DNA of 64,000 bases from Eledone cirrhosa (Eukaryota), in the NCBI GenBank assembly GCA_964016885.1, contig OZ024741.1, forward strand, positions 415,958,001 to 416,022,000. The letters are read 5' to 3'. Below are positions 1 to 13,500 of the stretch, in pieces. Position 1 is the first letter of the stretch, and every line of letters starts with the position of its first letter. A program made the translations under genes and the position numbers. A model generated the notes under the pieces. That model worked only from the letters and a program-made list of their open reading frames with translations, was not told the DNA's origin and made no database searches.

Positions 1-229
1 TATATTAACTGGGGCCTCTGTTATATTAACTGGGGCCTCTGTTATATTAACTGGGGCCTCTGTTATATTAACTGGGGCCTCTAATATATTAACTGAGGTC
101 TCTGTTATATTAACTGGCGTCTGTTATTAACTGGGGCCTCTATTATATTAACTGAGGTCTCTGTTATATTAACTGGGCTCTGTTATATTAACTGGTGTCT
201 CTGTTATATTAACTGAGGTCTGTTATCTT

Positions 230-3200
230 AACTGGGGTCTCTGTTATATTAACTGGGTTCTCTGTTATATTAACTGGAGTCTCTGTTATATTAAATGGCG
301 TCTGTTATATTAACTGGGGTCTCTGTTATATTAACTGGGGTCTCTGTTATATTAACTGGGGTCTCTGTTATATTAACTGGGGCCTCTATTATATTAACTG
401 GGGTCTCTGTTATATTAACTGGGGTCTCTGTTATATTAAATGGGGCCTCTATTATATTAACTGGGGCCACTGTTATATTAACAGGGGTCTTGTTATATTA
501 ACTGGGGTCTCTGTTATATTAACTAGGGCCTCTATTATATTAACTGGGGCCTCTGTTATATTAACTGGGGTCGCTGTTATATTAACTGGGTTCAGTTATA
601 TTAACTGGGGCCTCTGTTATATTAACTGGGGTCTCTGTTATATTAACTGGGGTCTCTGTCATGTTAACTGGGTTATGTTATATTAACTGGGGCCTCTGTT
701 ATATTAACTGGGGCCTCTATTATAGTAACTGGGGCCTCTGTTATATTAACTGGGGTCTCTGTTATATTAACGGGGGTCTCTGTTATATTAACTGGGGTCT
801 CTATTATATTAACTGGGGTCTCTGTTATATTAACAGGGGTCTCTGTTATATTAACAGGGGTCTCTGTTATATTAACTGGGGTCTCTGTTATATTAACTGG
901 GGTCTGTTATATTAACTGGGGTCTCTGTTATATTAACTGGGGTCTCTGTCATATTAACTGGGTTATGTTATATTAACTGGGGTCTCTGTTATATTAACTG
1001 GGGTATCGTATATTAACTGGGGTCTCTGTTATATTAACTGGGGCCTCTATTATATTAGCTGGGGCCACTGTTATGTTAACTGGGGTCTCTGTTATAATAA
1101 CTGGGTTCAGTTATATTAACTGGGGTCTCTGTTATATTAACTGAGGTCTCTGTAATATTAACTGGGGCCTCTATTATATTAACTGGGGCCTCGGTTATAT
1201 TAACAGGGGTCTCTGTTATATTAACAGGGGTCTCTGTTATATTAACTGGGGTCTCTGTTATATTAACTGGGGTCTGTTATATTAACTGAAGTCTCTGTTA
1301 TATTAACTGGGGTCTCTGTTATATTAACTGGGGTATGTTATATTAACTGAGGTCTCTGTTATATTATGTGGGGTCTGTTATTAACTGGGGCCTCTATTAT
1401 ATTAACTGAGGTCTCTGTTATATTAACTGGGGTCTGTTATTAACTGGGGCCTCTATTATATTAACTGATGTCTCTGTTATATTAACTGGGGTCTGTTATT
1501 AACTGGGGTCTCTATTATATTAACTGGGGTCTCTGTTATATTAACTGGGGTCTCTGTTATATTAACTGGGGTCTGTTATATTAACTGGGGTCTCTGTTAT
1601 ATTAACTGGTGTCTCTGTTATATTAACTGGGGTCTGTTATCTTAACTGAGGTCTCTGTTATATTAACTGGGCTCTGTTATATTAACTGGTGTCTCTGTTA
1701 TATTAACTGAGGTCTGTTATCTTAACTGGGGTCTCTGTTATATTAACTGGGTTCTCTGTTATATTAACTGGGGTCTGTTATTAACTGGGGCCTCTATTAT
1801 ATTAACTGAGGTCTCTGTTATATTAACTGGGGTCTCTGTTATATTAACTGGGGCCTCTATTATATTAACTGGGGTCGCTGTTATATTAAATGAGGTCTGT
1901 TATATTAACTGGGGTCTCTGTTATATTAACTGAGGTCTCTGTTATATTAACTGGGGTCTCTGTTATATTAACTGGGGCCTCTATTATATTAACTGGGGTC
2001 GCTGTTATATTAAATGGGGCCTCTATTATATTAACTGGGGCCTCTGTTATATTAACTGGGGTCTCTGTTATATTAACTGGGGTCTCTGTTATATTAAATA
2101 GGGCCTCTATTATATTAACTGGTGCCTCTGTTATATTAACTGGGGTCTCTGTTATATTAACTGGTGTCTCTGTCATGTTAACTGGGTATGTTATATGAAC
2201 TGGGGCCTCTGTTATATTAACTGGAGCCTCAATTATAGTAACTGGGGCCTCTGTTATATTAACTGGGGTCTCTGTTATATTAACTGGGGTCTCTGTTATA
2301 TTAACTGGGGTCTCTATTATATTAACTGGGGTCTCTGTTATATTAACAGGGGTCTCTGTTATATTAACAGGGGTCTCTGTTATATTAACTGGGGTCTCTG
2401 TTATATTAACTGGGGTCTGTTATATTAACTGGGGTCTCTGTTATATTAACTGGGGTCTCTGTTATATTAACTGGGGTATGTTATATTAACTGGGGTCTCT
2501 GTTATATTAACTGGGGTCTCTGTTATATTAACTGGGGTATCGTATATTAACTGGGGTCTCTGTTATATTAACTGGGGCCTCTATTATATTAGCTGGGGCC
2601 ACTGTTATATTAACTGGGGTCTCTGTTATAATAACTGGGTTCAGTTATATTAACTGGGGTCTCTGTTATATTAACTGAGGTCTCTGTAATATTAACTGTG
2701 GCCTCTATTATATTAACTGGGGTCTCTGTTATATTAACTGGGGTCTCTGTTATATTAAATGGCGTCTGTTATATTAACTGGGGTCTCTGTTATATTAACT
2801 GGGTCTCTGTTATATTAAATGGCGTCTGTTATATTAACTGGGGTCTCTGTTATATTAACTGGGGTCTCTGTTATATTAACTGGGGTCTCTGTTATATTAA
2901 CTGGGGTCTCTGTTATATTAACTGGGGTCTCTGTTATATTAAATGGGGCCTCTATTATATTAACTGGGGCCACTGTTATATTAACAGGGGTCTTGTTATA
3001 TTAACTGGGGTCTCTGTTACATTAACTAGGGCCTCTATTATATTAACTGGGGCCTCTGTTATATTAACTGGGGTCGCTGTTATATTAACTGGGTTCAGTT
3101 ATATTAACTGGGGCCTCTGTTATATTAACTGGGGTCTCTGTTATATTAACTGGGGTCTCTGTCATGTTAACTGGGTTATGTTATATTAACTGGGGCCTCT

Positions 3201-6200
3201 GTTATATTAACTGGGGCCTCTATTATAGTAACTGGGGCCTCTGTTATATTAACTGGGGTCTCTGTTATATTAACTGGGGTCTCTGTTATATTAACTGGGG
3301 TCTCTATTATATTAACTGGGGTCTCTGTTATATTAACAGGGGTCTCTGTTATATTAACAGGGGTCTCTGTTATATTAACTGGGGTCTCTGTTATATTAAC
3401 TGGGGTCTGTTATATTAACTGGGGTCTCTGTTATATTAACTGGGGTCTCTGTCATATTAACTGGGTTATGTTATATTAACTGGGGTCTCTGTTATATTAA
3501 CTGGGGTCTCTGTTATATTAACTGGGGTATCGTATATTAACTGGGGTCTCTGTTATATTAACTGTGGCCTCTATTATATTAGCTGGGGCCACTGTTATGT
3601 TAACTGGGGTCTCTGTTATAATAACTGGGTTCAGTTATATTAACTGGGGTCTCTGTTATATTAACTGAGGTCTCTGTAATATTAACTGGGGCCTCTATTA
3701 TATTAACTGGGGCCTCGGTTATATTAACAGGGGTCTCTGTTATATTAACAGGGGTCTCTGTTATATTAACTGGGTCTCTGTTATATTAACTGGGGTCTGT
3801 TATATTAACTGGGTTCTCTGTTATATTAACTGGGGTCTCTGTTATATTAACTGGGGTATGTTATATTAACTGAGGTCTCTGTTATATTCACTGGGGTCCG
3901 TTATTAACTGGGGCCTCTATTATATTAACTGAGGTCTCTGTTATATTAACTGGGGTCTGTTATTAACTGGGGCCTCTATTATATTAACTGAGGTCTCTGT
4001 TATATTAAATGGGGTCTGTTATATTAACTGGTGTCTCTGTTATATTAACTGAGGTCTGTTATCTTAACTGGGGTCTCTGTTATATTAACTGGGTTCTCTG
4101 TTATATTAACTGGGGTCTGTTATTAACTGGGGCCTCTATTATATTAACTGAGGTCTCTGTTATATTAACTGGGGTCTCTGTTATATTAACTGGGGCCTCT
4201 ATTATATTAACTGGGGTCGCTGTTATATTAAATGGGGTCTGTTATATTAACTGGGGTCTCTGTTATATTAACTGGGGTCTCTGTTATATTAACTGAGGTC
4301 TCTGTTATATTAACTGGGGTCTCTGTTATATTAACTGGGGCCTCTATTATATTAACTGGGGTCGCTGTTATATTAAATGGGGTCTCTGTTATATTAACTG
4401 GGGTCTCTGTTATATTAAATGGGGCCTCTATTATATTAACTGGGGCCTCTGTTATATTAACTGGGGTCTCTGTTATATTAACTGGGGTCTCTGTTATATT
4501 AAATAGGGCCTCTATTATATTAACTGGGGCCTCTGTTATATTAACTGGGGTCTCTGTTATATTAACTGGGTTCAGTTATATTAACTGGGGCCTCTGTTAT
4601 ATTAACTGGGGCCTCTGTTATATTAACTGGGGTCTCTGTTATATTAACTGGTGTCTCTGTCATGTTAACTGGGTATGTTATATTAACTGGGGCCTCTGTT
4701 ATATTAACTGGAGCCTCAATTATAGTAACTGGGGCCTCTGTTATATTAACTGGGGTCTCTGTTATATTAACTGGGGTCTCTGTTATATTAACTGGGGTCT
4801 CTATTATATTAACTGGGGTTTCTGTTATATTAACAGGGGTCTCTGTTATATTAACAGGGGTCTCTGTTATATTAACTGGGGTCTCTGTTATATTAACTGG
4901 GGTCTGTTATATTAACTGGGGTCTCTGTTATATTAACTGGGGTCTCTGTTATATTAACTGGGGTATGTTATATTAACTGGGGTCTCTGTTATATTAACTG
5001 GGGTCTCTGTTATATTAACTGGGGTATCGTATATTAACTGGGGTCTCTGTTATATTAACTGGGGCCTCTATTATATTAGCTGGGGCCACTGTTATATTAA
5101 CTGGGGTCTCTGTTATAATAACTGGGTTCAGTTATATTAACTGGGTCTCTGTTATATTAACTGAGGTCTCTGTAATATTAACTGTGGCCTCTATTATATT
5201 AACTGGGGTCTCTGTTATATTAACTGGGGTCTCTGTTATATTAAATGGCGTCTGTTATATTAACTGGGGTCTCTGTTATATTAACTGAGGTCTCTGTTAT
5301 ATTAACTGGGGCCTCTGTTATATTAACTGGGGTCTGTTATTAACTGGGGCCTCTATTATATTAACTGAGGTCTCTGTTATAATAACTGGGGTCTGTTATT
5401 AACTGGGGCCTCTATTATATTAACTGAGGTCTCTGTTATATTAACTGGGGTCTGTTATTAACTGGGGCCTCTATTATATTAACTGGGGTCTCTGTTATAT
5501 TAACTGGGGTCTCTGTTATATTAACTGGGGTCTGTTATATTAACTGGGGTCTCTGTTATATTAAGTGGGGTCTCTTTTATATTAACTGGGGTCTGTTATC
5601 TTAACTGAGGTCTCTGTTATATTAACTGGGCTCTGTTATATTAACTGGGGTCTCTGTTATATTAACTGAGGTCTGTTATCTTAACTGGGGTCTCTGTTAT
5701 ATTAACTGGGTTCTCTGTTATATTTTACTGGGGTATGTTATTAACTGGGGCCTCTATTATATTAACTGAGGTCTCTGTTATATTAACTGGAGTCTCTGTT
5801 ATATTAACTGGGTCTCTGTTATATTAAATGGCGTCTGTTATATTAACTGGGGTCTCTGTTATATTAACTGGGGTCTCTGTTATATTAACTGGGGCCTCTG
5901 TTATATTAACTGGGGTCTCTGTTATATTAACTGGGGCCTATATTATATTAACTGGGGTCGCTGTTCTATTAATTGGGGTCACTGTTATATTAACTGGGGT
6001 CTCTGTTATATTAAATGGGGCCTCTATTATATTAACTGGGGCCTCTGTTATATTAACTGGGGTCTCTGTTATATTAACTGGGGTCTCTGTTATATTAACT
6101 AGGGCCTCTATTATATTAACTGAGGCCTCTGTTATATTAACTGGGGTCTCTGTTATATTAACTGGGTTCAGTTATATTAACTGGGGCCTCTGTTATATTA

Positions 6201-7000
6201 ACTGGGGCCTCTGTTATATTAACTGGGGTCTCTGTAATATTAACTGGGGTCTCTGTCATGTTAACTGGGGTATGTTATATTAACTGGGGGCTCTATTATA
6301 GTAACTGGGGCCTCTGTTATATTAACTGGGGTCTCTGTTATATTAACTGGGTTCAGTTATATTAACTGAGGCCTCTGTTATATTAACTGGGGCCTCTATT
6401 ATAGTAACTGGGGCCTCTGTTATATTAACTGGGGTCTCTGTTATATTAACTGGGGTCTCTGTTATATTAACTGGGGTCTCTATTATATTAACTGGGGTCT
6501 CTGTTATATTAACTGGGGTCTCTGTTATAATAACTGGGGTCTCTGTTATATTAACTGGGGTCTGTTATATTAACTGGGGTCTCTGTTATATTAACTGGGG
6601 TCTCTGTTATATTAACTGGGGTATGTTATATTAACTGGGGTCTCTGTTATATTAACTGGGGTCTCTGTTATATTAACAGGGGTATCGTATATTAACTGGG
6701 GTCTCTGTTATATTAAATGGGGCCTCTATTATATTAGCTGGGGCCTCTGTTATATTAACTGGGGTCTCTGTTATATTAACTGGGTTCAGTTATATTAACT
6801 GCGGTCTCTGTTATATTAACTGAGGTCTCTGTAATATTAACTGGGGCCTCTATTATATTAACTGGGGTCTCTGTTATATTAACTGGGGTCTCTGTTATAT
6901 TAACTGGGTCTCTGTTATATTAAATGGCATCTGTTATATTAACTGGGGTCTCTGTTATATTAACTGAGATCTCTGTTATATTAACTGGGGCCTCTGTTAT
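230..7000 (+). repeat. Higher-order repeat domain A: ~2.5 kb duplication built from ~1.0-1.65 kb subunits
   Basis: Near-identical ORFs 661..915 and 3164..3418 are offset by 2503 bp, and the ORF ends at 501 and 3004 share that offset. The diagnostic monomer GGGGTATCGTA occurs at ~1007, 2541, 3531, 5028 and 6686, each followed shortly by the TTAGCTGGGG variant. Confidence 0.8.
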
Positions 7001-7599
7001 ATTAACTGGGTCTGTTATTAACTGGGGCCTCTATTATATTAACTGAGGTCTCTGTTATAATAACTGGGGTCTGTTATTAACTGGGGCCTCTATTATATTA
7101 ACTGACGTCTCTGTTATATTAACTGGGGTCTGTTATTAACTGGGGCCTCTATTATATTAACTGAGGTATCTGTTATATTAACTGGGGTCTGTTATTAACT
7201 GGGGCCTCTATTATATCAACTGGGGTCTCTGTTATATTAACTGGGGTCTCTGTTATATTAACTGGGGTCTGTTATGTTAACTGGTGTCTCTGTTATATTA
7301 ACTGGGGTCTCTGTTATATTAACTGGGGTCTGTTATCTTAACTGAGGTCTCTGTTATATTAACTGGGCTCTGTTATATTAACTGGGGTCTCTGTTATATT
7401 AACTGAGGTCTGTTATCTTAACTGGGGTCTGTGTTATATTAACTGGGTTCTCTGTTATATTAACTGGGGTCTGTTATTAACTGGGGCCTCTATTATATTA
7501 ACTGAGGTCTCTGTTATATTAACTGGGTCTCTGTTATATTAAATGGCGTCTGTTATATTAACTGGGGTCTCTGTTATATTAACTGGGGTCTCTGTTATA

Positions 7600-10500
7600 T
7601 TAACTGGGGCCTCTGTTATAATAACTGAGGTCTCTGTTATATTGACTGGGGTCTCTGTTATATTAACTGGGGCCTCTATTATATTAACTGGGGTCGCTGT
7701 TATATTAATTGGGGTCTCTGTTATATTAACTGGGGTCTCTGTTATATTAAATGGGGCCTCTATTATATTAACTGGGGCCTCTGTTATATTAACTGGGGTC
7801 TCTGTTATATTAACTGGGGTCTCTGTTATATTAACTAGGGCCTCTATTATATTAACTGGGGCCTCTGTTATATTAACTGGGGTCTCTGTTATATTAACTG
7901 GGTTCAGTTATATTAACTGGGGCCTCTGTTATATTAACTGGGGCCTCTGTTATATTAACTGGGGCCTCTGTTATATTAACTGGGGTCTCTGTCATGTTAA
8001 CTGGGGTATGTTATATTAACTGGGACCTCTGTTATATTAACTGGGGCCTCTATTATAGTAACTGGGCCTCTGTTATATTAACTGGGGTCTCTGTTATATT
8101 AACTGGGGTCTCTGTTATATTAACTGGGGTCTCTATTTTATTAACTGGGGTCTCTGTTATATCAACTGGGGCCTCTATTATATTTACTGGGGCCTCTGTT
8201 ATATTAACTGGGGTCTCTGTTATATTAACTGGCTTCTTTTATATTAACTGGGGCCTCTGTTATATTAACTGGGGCCTCTGTTATATTAACTGGGGCCTCT
8301 GTTATATTAACTGGGGCCTCTATTATATTAACTGAGGTCTCTGTTATATTAACTGGCGTCTGTTATTAACTGGGGCCTCTATTATATTAACTGAGGTCTC
8401 TGTTATATTAACTGGGGTCTGTTATTAACTGGGGCCTCTATTATATTAACTGAGTTCTCTGTTATATTAAGTGGGGTCTGTTATTAACTGGGGCCGCTAT
8501 TACATTAACTGAGGTTTCTGTTATATTAACTGGGGTCTGCTATTAACTGGGGCCTCTATTATATTAACTGGGGTCTCTGTTATATTAACTGGCGTCTCTG
8601 TTATATTAACTGGGGTCTGTTATATTAACTGGGGTCTCTGTTATATTATCTGGGTTCTCTGTTATATTAACTAGGGTCTGTTATCTTAACTGAGGTCTGT
8701 GTTATATTAACTGGGGTCTGTTATATTAACTGGGGTCTCTGTTTTATTAACTGGGGTCTGTTATCTTAACTGGGTTCTCTGTTATATTAACTGGGGTCTC
8801 TGTTATACTAACTGGGGTCTGTTATTAACTGGGGCCTCTATTATATTAACTGAGGTCTCTGTTATATTAAATGGAGTCTCTGTTATATTAACTGGGGTCT
8901 CTGTTATATTAAATGGTGTCTCTGTTATATTAACTGGGGTCTCTGTTATATTAACTGGGGTCTCTGTTATATTAACTGGGGCCTCTGTTATATTAACTGA
9001 GGTCTCTGTTATATTAACTGGGGTCTCTGTTATATTAACTGGGGCCTCTATTTTATTAACTGGGGTCGCTGTTATATTAACTGGGGTCTCTGTTATATTA
9101 AGTGGGGTCTCTGTTATATTAAATGGGGCCTCTGTTATATTAAATGGGGCCTCTATTATATTAACTGGGGTCTCTGTTATATTAACTGGGGTCTTTGTTA
9201 TATTAACTAGGGCCTCTATTATATTAACTGGGGCCTCTGTTATATTAACTGGGGTCTCTGTTATATTAACTGGGTTCAGTTATATTAACTGGGGCCTCTG
9301 TTATATTAACTGGGGCCTCTGTTATATTAACTGGGGCCTCTGTTATATTAACTGGGGTCTCTGTTATATTAACTGGGTCTCTGTTATATTAACTGGGGTA
9401 TGTTATATTAACAGGGGCCTCTGTTATATTAACTGGGGCCTCTATTATAGTAACTGGGGCCTCTGTTATATTAACTGGGGTCTCTGTTATATTAACTTGG
9501 GTCTCTGTTATATTAACTTGGGTCTCTATTATATTAACTGGGGTCTCTGTTATATTAACTGGGGTCTCTATTATATTATCTGGGGTCTCTGTTATATTAA
9601 CTGGGGTCTCTGTTATATTAACTGGGGCCTCTGTTATATTAAGTGGGGTATGTTATGTTGACTGGGGTCTCTATTATATTAACTGGGGTCTCTATTATAT
9701 TAACTGGGGCCTCTGTTATATTAACTGGGGCCTCTGTTATATTAACTGGGGTATGTTATATTAACTGGGGCCCTTATATTAACAGGGGCCTCTATTATAT
9801 TAACTGGGGTCTCTGTTATATTAACTGGGGCCTCTATTATATTAACTGGGGCCTCTATTATATTAACTGGGGTCTCTGTTATATTAACTGGGGTATGTTA
9901 TATTAACTGGGGCCTCTATTATATTAACTGGGGACTCTGTTATATTAACTGGGGTCTCTGTTATATTAACTGGGGTCTCTGTTATAATAACTGGGGTCTC
10001 TATTATATTAACTGGGGTCTCTGTTATATTAACTGGGGTCTCTGTTATATTAAATGGGGTCTCTGTTATATTAACTGGTGTCTCTGTTATATTAACTGGG
10101 GCCTCTATTATATTAACTGGGGCCTCTATTATATTAACTGGGGCTTCTATTATATTAACTGGGGCCTCTATTATATTAACTGGGGCCTCTGTTATATTAA
10201 CTGGGGTCTCTGTTATATTAACTGGGGTCTCTGTTATTTTAACTGGGGTATGTTATATTAACTGGGGTCTCTGTTATATTAACTGGGGCCTCTGTTATAT
10301 TAAGTGGGGTATGTTATATTAACTGGGGCCTCTGTTATATTAACTGGGGTATGTTATATTAACTGGGGTCTCTGTTATATTAACTGGGGCCTCTGTTATA
10401 TTAAGTGGGGTATGTTATATTAACTGGGGCCTCTGTTATATTAACTGGGGCCTCTGTTATATTAACTGGGGCCTCTGTTATATTAACTGGGGCCTCTGTT

Positions 10501-13500
10501 ATATTAACTGGGGCCTCTGTTATATTAACTGGGGTCTCTGTTATATTAACTGGGGTGTCTGTTATATTAACTGGGGTATGTTATATTAACTGGGGCCTCT
10601 GTCATATTAACTGGGGCCTCTATTATAGTAACTGGGATCTCTGTTATGTTAACTGGGGTCTCTTTTATATTAACTGGGTTCTGTTATTAACTGGGGCCTC
10701 TATTATATTAACTTAGGTATCTGTTATATTAACTGGGGTCTGCTATATTAACTAGGGTCTCTGTTATATTAACTGGGGTCTCTGTTATATTAACTGGGGC
10801 CTCTGTTATAATAACTGAGGTCTCTGTTATATTGACTGGGGTCTCTGTTATATTAACTGGGGCCTCTATTATATTAACTGGGGTCGCTGTTATATTAATT
10901 GGGGTCTCTGTTATATTAACTGGGGTCTCTGTTATATTAAATGGGGCCTCTATTATATTAACTGGGGCCTCTGTTATCTTAACTGGGGTCTCTGTTATAT
11001 TAACTGGGGTCTCTGTTATATTAACTAGGGCCTCTATTATATTAACTGGGGCCTCTGTTATATTAACTGGGGTCTCTGTTATATTAACTGGGTTCAGTTA
11101 TATTAACTGGGGCCTCTGTTATATTAACTGGGGCCTCTGTTATATTAACTGGGGCCTCTGTTATATTAACTGGGGTCTCTGTCATGTTAACTGGGGTATG
11201 TTATATTAACTGGGACCTCTGTTATATTAACTGGGGCCTCTATTATAGTAACTGGGCCTCTGTTATATTAACTGGGGTCTCTGTTATATTAACTGGGGTC
11301 TCTGTTATATTAACTGGGGTCTCTATTATATTAACTGAGGTCTCTGTTATATTAACTGGCGTCTGTTATTAACTGGGGCCTCTATTATATTAACTGAGGT
11401 CTCTGTTATATTAACTGGGGTCTGTTATTAACTGGGGCCTCTATTATATTAACTGAGTTCTCTGTTATATTAAGTGGGGTCTGTTATTAACTGGGGCCGC
11501 TATTACATTAACTGAGGTTTCTGTTATATTAACTGGGGTCTGTTATTAACTGGGGCCTCTATTATATTAACTGGGGTCTCTGTTATATTAACTGGCGTCT
11601 CTGTTATATTAACTGGGGTCTGTTATATTAACTGGGGTCTCTGTTATATTATCTGGGTTCTCTGTTATATTAACTAGGGTCTGTTATCTTAACTGAGGTC
11701 TGTGTTATATTAACTGGGGTCTGTTATATTAACTGGGGTCTCTGTTTTATTAACTGGGGTCTGTTATCTTAACTGGGTTCTCTGTTATATTAACTGGGGT
11801 CTCTGTTATACTAACTGGGGTCTGTTATTAACTGGGGCCTCTATTATATTAACTGAGGTCTCTGTTATATTAAATGGAGTCTCTGTTATATTAACTGGGG
11901 TCTCTGTTATATTAAATGGTGTCTCTGTTATATTAACTGGGGTCTCTGTTATATTAACTGGGGTCTCTGTTATATTAACTGGGGCCTCTGTTATATTAAC
12001 TGAGGTCTCTGTTATATTAACTGGGGTCTCTGTTATATTAACTGGGGCCTCTATTTTATTAACTGGGGTCGCTGTTATATTAATTGGGGTCTCTGTTATA
12101 TTAAGTGGGGTCTCTGTTATATTAAATGGGGCCTCTGTTATATTAAATGGGGCCTCTATTATATTAACTGGGGTCTCTGTTATATTAACTGGGGTCTTTG
12201 TTATATTAACTAGGGCCTCTATTATATTAACTGGGGCCTCTGTTATATTAACTGGGGTCTCTGTTATATTAACTGGGTTCAGTTATATTAACTGGGGCCT
12301 CTGTTATATTAACTGGGGCCTCTGTTATATTAACTGGGGCCTCTGTTATATTAACTGGGGTCTCTGTTATATTAACTGGGGTCTCTGTTATATTAACTGG
12401 GGTCTCTATTATATTAACTGGGGTCTCTGTTATATTAACTGGGGTATGTTATATTAACTGGGGCCTCTATTATATTAACTGGGGACTCTGTTATATTAAC
12501 TGGGGTCTCTGTTATATTAACTGGGGTCTCTGTTATAATAACTGGGGTCTCTATTATATTAACTGGGGTCTCTGTTATATTAAATGGGGCCTCTATTATA
12601 TTAACTGGGGCCTCTGTTATATTAACTGGGGTCTCTGTTACATTAACTGGTGTCTCTGTTATATTAACTGGGGCCTCTATTATATTAACTGGGGCCTCTA
12701 TTATATTAACTGGGGCTTCTATTATATTAACTGGGGCCTCTATTATATTAACTGGGGCCTCTGTTATATTAACTGGGGTCTCTGTTATATTAACTGGGGT
12801 CTCTGTTATATTAACTGGGGTATGTTATATTAACTGGGGTCTCTGTTATATTAACTGGGGCCTCTGTTATATTAAGTGGGGTATGTTATATTAACTGGGG
12901 CCTCTGTTATATTAACTGGGGTATGTTATATTAACTGGGGTCTCTGTTATATTAACTGGGGCCTCTGTTATATTAAGTGGGGTATGTTATATTAACTGGG
13001 GCCTCTGTTATATTAACTGGGGCCTCTGTTATATTAACTGGGGCCTCTGTTATATTAACTGGGGCCTCTGTTATATTAACTGGGGCCTCTGTTATATTAA
13101 CTGGGGTCTCTGTTATATTAACTGGGGTGTCTGTTATATTAACTGGGGTATGTTATATTAACTGGGGCCTCTGTCATATTAACTGGGGCCTCTATTATAG
13201 TAACTGGGATCTCTGTTATGTTAACTGGGGTCTCTTTTATATTAACTGGGGTCTCTGTTATAATAACTGGGGTCTCTATTATATTAACTGGGGTCTCTGT
13301 TATATTAACTGGGGTCTCTGTTATATTAAATGGGGTCTCTGTTATATTAACTGGTGTCTCTGTTATATTAACTGGGGCCTCTATTATATTAACTGGGGCC
13401 TCTATTATATTAACTGGGGCTTCTATTATATTAACTGGGGCCTCTATTATATTAACTGGGGCCTCTGTTATATTAACTGGGGTCTCTGTTATATTAACTG

